From Orbicella franksi (lineage: Eukaryota), in NCBI GenBank assembly GCA_964199315.1, contig OZ116700.1, forward strand, positions 1,178,001 through 1,242,000: a DNA stretch of 64,000 nucleotides. Direction: 5' to 3'. Positions 57,401 to 64,000 of this stretch are shown one piece after another. The translations under genes were made by a program, and so were the position numbers. Position 1 is the stretch's first letter. The number at the start of each line of letters is the position of its first letter. Below the pieces are notes generated by a model. The model was not told where the DNA came from. It searched no databases and was given only the letters and a program-made list of their open reading frames with translations.

Positions 57401-59645
57401 TGTATGCCAACAGAGCTGCTGCATTTATCAAGAGGGCATGGTATGTAACAATGCTGATGTGTCTCTTGTGGATGTATTCCCTCCTAGCATAGTGATACTT
57501 TAATTAAAAGTAATTGAAACAAAAATCTCAGATAGGAAATCAAGCAATTTCAGTTTTTAGCAGACAAAAACCTTTTACCAGTCAAGAATAATTTATAAAG
57601 ATAGCTGCCTTAAATAACACCCAAAACAGCAACCTATGGTAACTTCAGAAAAAAAAGATAATTTTCAAAGTTTAGAGAAATATTATTGTGCAAAAACACA
57701 GGTAGAATTTCATGATCAGTTCCACCAGCACTTTCAAGTGTTTCATATGAACTTAAAAATTGGTTTTGACATTTAGAAGTGATTTCTTTTGAGATGATAT
57801 TTAAAACAGTCTTACTGAAGTTTGCAATACAATTTAAGTACTAATCTTTTTGTCCACTTGTTACTTGAGCTTCTGGTGGATTCCTTCTTAAATGTGTGTT
57901 AAACTTTTTGTCTCTCCAGGTAGACAATTTTAGCACAGTATACAGAGTACTGTGTGACCCCAATTTCCTATATAGACACACATCCTGGGATCAGGGTTTT
58001 TTTGGGAGGGGGAGGTGGGGAATCTATGTTATAGGGGAAGGGTTGCTCATCTCATTTAGGGGTGTAAATTGCAGATTACATGGATATGTTGGATATTCTT
58101 GCATTTTGATTGGTTGATACTCATGATTAATTGGAGGACAGATATTTAGATGACATCATTACAATTTTTTTGTTTCTGTATTATATATAAAAAGTAAATT
58201 TCATGTTGTAATGCATCTGTTCAGTAATATTTATTGATTGTAGATGACTTCAAAATGTGAATTTCTTGACAGGGATGGGGACATCTATGCAGCACTGCGG
58301 GACTGTCACAGGGCACTTCATCTGGATCCTAATCACACCAAGGCACATTTTCGGCAGGCTCGCTGTTTGTATGAACTGCACTGGTTCCAGGAGGCTCTTT
58401 CCTGTCTAAACCACTTCAAGTTAAAATTTCCAGAACAAGCTGAGGGAAGTGCAGCAAAGACTCTAGAGAGAGACATCAGAGCAGCTGCATTTGCTGAGAC
58501 TGAAGGTGGGTAGCACCTCCTGTGGGCAGGGGACACTTGACCCATGTTTGGGTATAGAAGTATCCCTAGGGTCACCCTGACCTTTGAAACCCTGACCCTG
58601 TTTAGGACCCTGTTTAAATACCTATCCTGTTAGAGTTCATATAAGAGAGTGCCCAGCACCTTTGTTATCTTAGGCTTCCAACCTCTCAGGCAAGGAGGGT
58701 GGATGTTGTGCAACTTTGATCATGGTTTAAGCAAGCATTTGAAATGTGGACATCCAAACTTTCTCTTGGTCTAGGGTGCCACCCTCCTAGAAGTGGGGGG
58801 GGGGGGATATTTGTAGTCATAATTTGCTAAAGAGTATACTACATCAGAGATGATAACAGTCATTGAAACTTAAGCTGAGCTATCAAGCTAAGTGGGGTCT
58901 TCTCAATTTCCAAGCAGCTCATAAAATGCCCAAAGATAGAAGACAAGCAAGAGATAATATGTAGCATCATTTACCTGGAATGTGAAGAAAAGATTTTGTA
59001 CATTGCAGATCATTGCTGTTATGAAGTTCACATATATTTCATAATTATAATCCCTCAATTGTCTTCATGTACTCTTCACTTGCAGACAATGATGACGAGG
59101 AGACAAGTGGTCACACAGATGCTGTTTCTAGTCAACGCAGGAGACGTCTTAGCATTGTGTCTGATCAAGAGAAAGCCTTCCGTGCTGAAGCGCTTGATTA
59201 TGAGCAGCGGTTCTGTGGACACTGTAACACTACTACTGACATAAAAGAAGCAAATTTCTTTGGTAGCAATGGACAGTATATTGTGGCAGGCAGTGATGAT
59301 GGTTCATTTTTTATGTGGGACAAGGAAACAACAAATCTTGTACGAGTATTAAAAGGAGATGATTCTATTGTAAACTGCTTGCAGCCACATCCAAGTACTT
59401 GTCTTTTGGCCACAAGTGGAATTGACCCTGTGATCAGGCTTTGGAGTCCATGTCCACAGGAAGGGGAAACACAGGACAGGCATATAGACGAAGTGGAAGC
59501 TGCAGCCAAGGCAAATCAACGAAGAATGAATGCTGACCCTTTAGAGGTGATGCTAATGAATATGGGATACAGATCAAGATTCACCATGGCAGAAGGCAGT
59601 GATGAAGATGATACAGAAACTCCGATACAATGTCGCACTAGTTAG
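45922..59645 (+). CDS. WDTC1: WD and tetratricopeptide repeats protein 1 (adipose/DCAF9 homologue), complete, about 705 aa
   Basis: Exons 45922-45969, 46067-46150, 50534-50580, 51713-51824, 56156-56343, 56595-57440, 58273-58505, 59086-59645 (2118 nt, in phase). WD40 GHSGCVNCLEWNENG, LLVSGSDD, GHSGNIFSVKF; TPR KAKGNDAF...LYANRAAA...KAHFRQARCLYEL; C-terminal GHCNTTTDIKEANFFG...NQRRMNADPLE. Confidence 0.96.
47495..50385 (-). mobile_element. Degenerate BEL/Pao LTR retrotransposon pol fragment in WDTC1 intron 2
   Basis: Minus-strand motifs: LNDYWLKGPDMLNSLFGV, LTFGEKPSP...NNFYMDD (RT), IGWDEEL, CMFSDTS, AKSRVSPLKQLTIPRLELQAA, ADDVSHG...RWCNGPEFL. Many stops and frameshifts; no LTRs seen. Confidence 0.9.
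48310..49330. mobile_element. Non-autonomous element inserted in the BEL/Pao frame (TA duplication), itself interrupted by a second repeat (~48688-49170)
   Basis: TA at 48308-48309 and 49331-49332; removing the insert restores the minus-strand GTGATATTAAGTCAC (VILSH). Internal TTCGGAAA repeats; long hairpins at about 49050-49141 and 49190-49320. Confidence 0.8.
51188..51440 (+). mobile_element. Non-autonomous element with subterminal inverted repeats and a 3' hairpin (Helentron/HINE-like architecture)
   Basis: TAGTATCACCCAACTAGT (51188-51205) and ACTAGTTGGGTGATACTA (51378-51395), then the hairpin AACAATTAGACCC (51397-51409) / GGGTCTAATTGTT (51428-51440). Confidence 0.65.
52438..54196. mobile_element. 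Mutator-like non-autonomous element, 1759 bp, 9-bp TSD
   Basis: The TSD ATTAAACAC is present at 52429-52437 and 54197-54205. G-initiated imperfect TIRs (GGATCTGCTAAATCTGCGAGCCAGCGAGCCATGC vs GAGTTTTATAAACCTGCGAGCCAGCGAGCCATGC) carry 9-bp GCGAGCCAT subterminal arrays. It splits a LINE 3' remnant whose unsplit copy is near 14420. Confidence 0.8.
52924..53790 (-). mobile_element. Penelope-like retroelement reverse transcriptase fragment
   Basis: KADKG motif near 53785, then a 252-aa ORF with FYTLTKIHK...GRPIISG, YLKDT.DF, DVTSLYTNIP, GTAM, WKRFIDD, HPTIKFT.E; no GIY-YIG endonuclease. Confidence 0.9.
55271..55435. repeat. ~54-bp minisatellite, about 3 copies; same family as 27077-27295
   Basis: GCAAATGGCC at 55284 and 55338; TGTGGTCAGAAAACAAA recurs. 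Confidence 0.7.
55466..55560 (-). repeat. Probable retroposon 3' tail with an (ATT)n terminus
   Basis: The minus strand reads ...GGGCTCCACTGAAAACCGCCTTTGGTGAGTTGGATTCCCTCACTAAAG(ATT)n. Confidence 0.45.
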
Positions 59646-61696
59646 ACAATAAATTATGATGCACTTTTGGTGTGTAACTTACAACTCGCTTCCAGGTGAC
59701 AGATGATGTTTTAGTTACCTTGAGCAAAATATTTTGGTAATTAATGTCTAATGTACGCTGCACTAAATGTTTGTTAAATGAAAATTATGGTGAAGTTTTG
59801 AGATGTAAAATCATTGTTGGTATGAATGAGAGTGCCCTGAATTTTACTGTCTAGTTTATTGATAATTTAGAGTTTAAAGTAACTTCCAATAGATGGTCAA
59901 TTGTTCATTTGTGTTCTTTGATGGACTTTAACCCTCAAACATGCACCATTCATGTCAGTTCTTCTTTTTTCTTTTTGCAACAAATTAATACAATACTGTC
60001 TAAGAATGAAGGATCTGATAAGCTAAGGAGGAAGGTGTTCATTTAAAACTAGATTCTCTTAGAGAAAATTCAAGATGAAATGAAAATAACTAACTAAAGG
60101 TGAATTTTGCTTCTGATTATCTTAGAATTCAAAGGTTATTGAGCAAACATATGATTATTCTACAGATGAAGTTAGATGGTTCGCAGTAAAATGATGTTTA
60201 CTTTATGCACATTTATCAGCAAGAAATGTCAAATCATTGCTGCTGTACCTGTTAACTTGCATAAGGAAAGTATTTTTGTGGGGAAAATAAGCAGTAATTT
60301 CAAAATAATATCAAGGGTTATGCTGCATGACTGAGTGCAAGGTTCTATACATTGCAGTGAAAATCCTCCAGATGCCAAAGAGGATTTGATTCGTGGCTCA
60401 AGAAATAGAAAGAGGATTGGGAAATTAAAATAATACTATGGCAATATTACTTAAATTCTGTTTTGTTAGTTAAAGATAAATTTTTTCCCTTGACTTATTC
60501 AAACTAGTTTGAATTTGTAGATTGTCTTAAAGAGAACAAATTCTCAATATATTTGAAAGGACGTGTTAGGAGTCACACTTAAACCTTAGCATCCATGCCA
60601 TGAATGTCAATCAATACCGCTAGTCCCCAGGTGGTTGACAGATGTAAGTGTAACACTCCAGAACCCGAGCACTTTGGTTGAAAATACTGTTTAAAAAATA
60701 TCACTTGCAAAGTTGGGTACAGAGTAGTATTTGACATTTCTAAAAGTAATGGGTTAAGTCAGCATGAAGCATTCAATAATCACTCCTCTATTGATTACAA
60801 TTTAGCAGACTTGTTCCCAGGAAAATGCACTTTGCTCTTTAAGGCATTGTAGAATATAATAATTATTAGTGTTTTTCTTAGCCTTACTAAAAACACATAA
60901 TGTACCATTCTAGGTTTTTTTAAATAGTTTAAATTATTGGACAGAAGTTTACCTGTTTGGTTTTAAGCAGCAAAAGTAACAATTTTAAGTTATGGGTAAT
61001 TGATAACTGATAAGTGAACTTGTAAGTATTGTTCAAATACAAACGCCTATTGTTAAGAAAGAATGTTTAAGAATCATCTTAACTAAGGAGAGCTTCGTAA
61101 ATTTAGCCCCTGGTTGACAAGATGTACTGTTTGAGGTTGAGATGCTCTTAACATTACCAACAAGGAACAGATGTGAGATGCTGACCAAAATAATCTATAC
61201 TGGTGTTTTAGCATTTATTACATTTCTAGGATTGCTTCACTTCCAATGACACATTTAACTCTAAAAAGTGTAATGTTATTCGGATGTTGTGTCTTGTCCG
61301 CAGTGGAATGAATACATTAAAAGGAGACAACACTGTCTGTGCTGCTCTGAAATTAACAATACAGGGTTAACCTATCTGCTGCATTTTGTAAGTAATTTTA
61401 AATAAATAAAAGAAAAGGACAGGCAAAGTTTAATTTTACAGCTTCAATGCAAATGCAGTATAGAGTATCACACACTCGTCATTTTTCTCTAACACAGCCC
61501 TTAAGATTGACTCTTTGAGTGATTAACAAACTTTTATCACTTTGTTTATCACAGTATGCAAACGTTGAGGTAAGAATGCTCTCTGTAACCTGATGGGCAC
61601 AAGTATTCTCCTGTGATCAAGGGTCCTATTTTTATGGCGGGGAAAACTGATTTCAAAACATACCAACTCCCTGTATATTCCCAATTAGGTTCCAAT

Positions 61697-61931
61697 AGAC
61701 CATTTTACAGTTGTCTGCTCAGTGACCTGGCCTTTGGATGGCAGCGAGGCTGGAGTTGAGCTTGTTTTGATACAGACCTCACTGCTTTTGTCATGTAAAT
61801 GCACCTAGTTAGCATCAGAACAACTTGTTTTACACAACAAAAGCAGTGAGGTCTGTATCAAAACAAGGTCAACTCCAGCCTTGCTGCCATCCAAAGGCCA
61901 GGTCACTGAGCAGACAACTGTAAAATGGTCT
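61697..61931. mobile_element. Near-perfect foldback MITE, about 235 bp
   Basis: Arms of about 90 bp: AGACCATTTTACAGTTGTCTGCTCAGTGACCTGGCCTTTGGATGGCAGC...CAGACCTCACTGCTTTTG and the reverse complement. Confidence 0.9.
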
Positions 61932-62684
61932 GTTCTCAAACTGCAACATTTTGGGAACATTCCTCATAAAACTCTGCAACCTCAAGGTACCAGCCACTCC
62001 CCCCCCCCCCCCCCACCTCCCTCTTGAAAAATCTTGATTCTGCCCTGTTTAGTTTTTGTTTAAAAACACTTTCAATATTTTATTACCATTTCTGATGTTC
62101 ATTGATCACTACCAACTTAATACTAAGTGTTCAAATTGCTGTTTATTACATATTTGAGACCTGCAAAGACAGTAATTTTTGTAAGTTTGATATGTTGAGC
62201 CATTTACAAAGCTGAATGGAATTTAAGACGACTATTCTTAATAGTTGTATAAACAACTACAAATTAAACAGTTCTGGTCAGTTATTACTTATGAAAATAT
62301 CATCCATTTTCTAAGATTTAACAATTTTATCCAAATATAAATACTTCCGCCTACAACATGAAAATGACATTTTAAGAACTTATCCCAATCCAGAAGATGT
62401 AAAGTCTTCCTTTTTTGACACCCATAAATTATCGTGTACATCTGTCTATATAAATAAGTCATACTTGTTGTTCCTCATTTCTCACAACACTTAAAATCAT
62501 AGATATCTGCAATTTTCTTCAAGCAATTCTCTTGACTTTCACAGAGAGAGACCTGACATTCTAGTAAAAAACATTCCATGTTGTGGGTAAATACACATTT
62601 ATACAAAGAATGAAGTGTGTGTACATAACACTGAATTTTTCTGTCCTTTCATAGCTAGAGATGCATTATCATTCCTATTAAATG

Positions 62685-64000
62685 CTAGTAGCTGGTGATT
62701 TTCTTCAGAGCTTCAAAACATCTCCACTTGTCTGGCAGGTAAAATGGCTCAAAGATATGGGGGAAGGGTGTGTCCCAGCCACACACACGCTGGATAGGAG
62801 CTTCAAGAGACAAGAAACAGTGTTCCTGTGATAAAGAGAAAACGCTGTTAGAATGCACACTACTGTTGTGGAGAGCAATTGTAAATACTAAGTTTCTGGT
62901 AATTTCTAGAATGTTTACCCATGCAAATGTTTGTACGGGTCTGAACCATCTACTGTCATGCTCACACTACAGGACAGTTTAGAACATTCTACCAAATGAT
63001 GTAATTAATAGAAGTAGAAGTAATTAATTATTATATTAATTACCATGTAATGCTACATAAATAGTTTTGTTAAAAGCTCCAAGAATGTTCCAAAAATTGA
63101 CTAATTGTATATAAGGACTCTGTAAGCTAGCATTGGTTGTTGTTGTCGGCAGAGAAAACTAAAGAAGCTATCAAGCTACCAAGAGAATCATTGAGAGCTA
63201 TTGAGGAACCTCATTTAAAGTCAAGGGACAGTGACATTTACTGTGGGTTTGTGTCAGTGGTGACTGAAGTTTTAGTTGTAGGCTTAAGTTTGTTCAAATG
63301 ATGATAGATTGCATTGTTTAGAAGTTGCTCCTTTGTAGGACTTCACTAGGTATCACTAAATAAATAAGTTGGGTTTGTAAAAGAGTTTTGCAGTGTATCT
63401 TTTCTGTCAGTTGAGTGGTACCATAATACTACACACAGTAACACCACTTTAAAAAATTACATTGACATGAAAAGAGTCTTTCAGAATAATTTTATGAAGT
63501 TCATATTATCAACAAATTTAACGAATAGCTGATATCTGTGGGTCAAATAACTTTTTTCCAGTTCAAAGTCAAGGTCGAGCTTGAACCTGTCCAACATCAG
63601 GAAAACCATGTTGACTCCCAACAATAGTTGTGGAAGGTAAATCAAAATTACCTGTACAGTACTGCTAATCTCTGCTGCAAATCCTCCTGTCAAAGGAGCT
63701 TCATGTGCTATCAATAGCCTCCCTGTTTTGAGTACAGACTAGCAAAGGAAAAATGGAGTTTAGTTGCTTGATGTACGCAACGTGAATTCCAGACAGCTAA
63801 AATCACTTGATATACCCAGTTTCACTATCCTCAGTTACAACCTAATTCTGAGTTATACATACATGTAGTTGTGTGTATTGGACATTGTTAAAGGCTGTTT
63901 ACTGTCAAACTGATATTAAGAACCAACTACCTTGATTACAGTCTCTTCATCCCAAGGAAGAATTGTTCGAAGATCGATTAGTTCACAGTTGACTCCCAGC
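62685..64000 (-). CDS. BCKDHB: 2-oxoisovalerate dehydrogenase E1 beta subunit, last three exons
   Basis: Exons 64000-63931 (partial; [23 protein letters not shown]), 63738-63652 ([29 protein letters not shown]), 62825-62685 ([46 protein letters not shown], stop). Confidence 0.95.

Noticed and set aside
58333-59509. Antisense ORFs over WDTC1 exons (likewise those over SPAG17 and QKI exons)
   Set aside because: They are shadow frames of the real coding exons.

Overview
Eukaryotic, intron-rich, AT-rich animal DNA. The repeat families look like those of a cnidarian, probably a stony coral (inference, not proven). Five genes can be rebuilt exon by exon with consistent splice phases: the 3' part of SPAG17 (+, ends 11842), a complete Quaking/QKI STAR-family gene (-, 23406-34316), a complete DNAJC8 (+, 34506-44462, head-to-head with QKI), a complete WDTC1 (+, 45922-59645) and the last three exons of BCKDHB (-, 62685-64000). 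Introns and intergenic DNA are dense with transposon-derived sequence: a 5'-truncated L2-group LINE with an unbroken RT frame, a decayed BEL/Pao element with nested insertions, a Mutator-like element containing a Penelope RT segment inside a LINE remnant, CAGGG-ended elements with 5-bp TSDs, many MITEs, a tRNA-derived SINE piece and minisatellites. The best leads are an AT-AC (U12) terminal intron in SPAG17, a 47-bp minisatellite that multiplies a splice donor, clustered QKI-binding motifs and a donor directly after the stop in the QKI gene itself (possible autoregulation), and the Mutator/Penelope/LINE nest. No prokaryotic system, CRISPR array, rRNA or intact tRNA gene was seen. All coordinates were read by hand and no database search was run.
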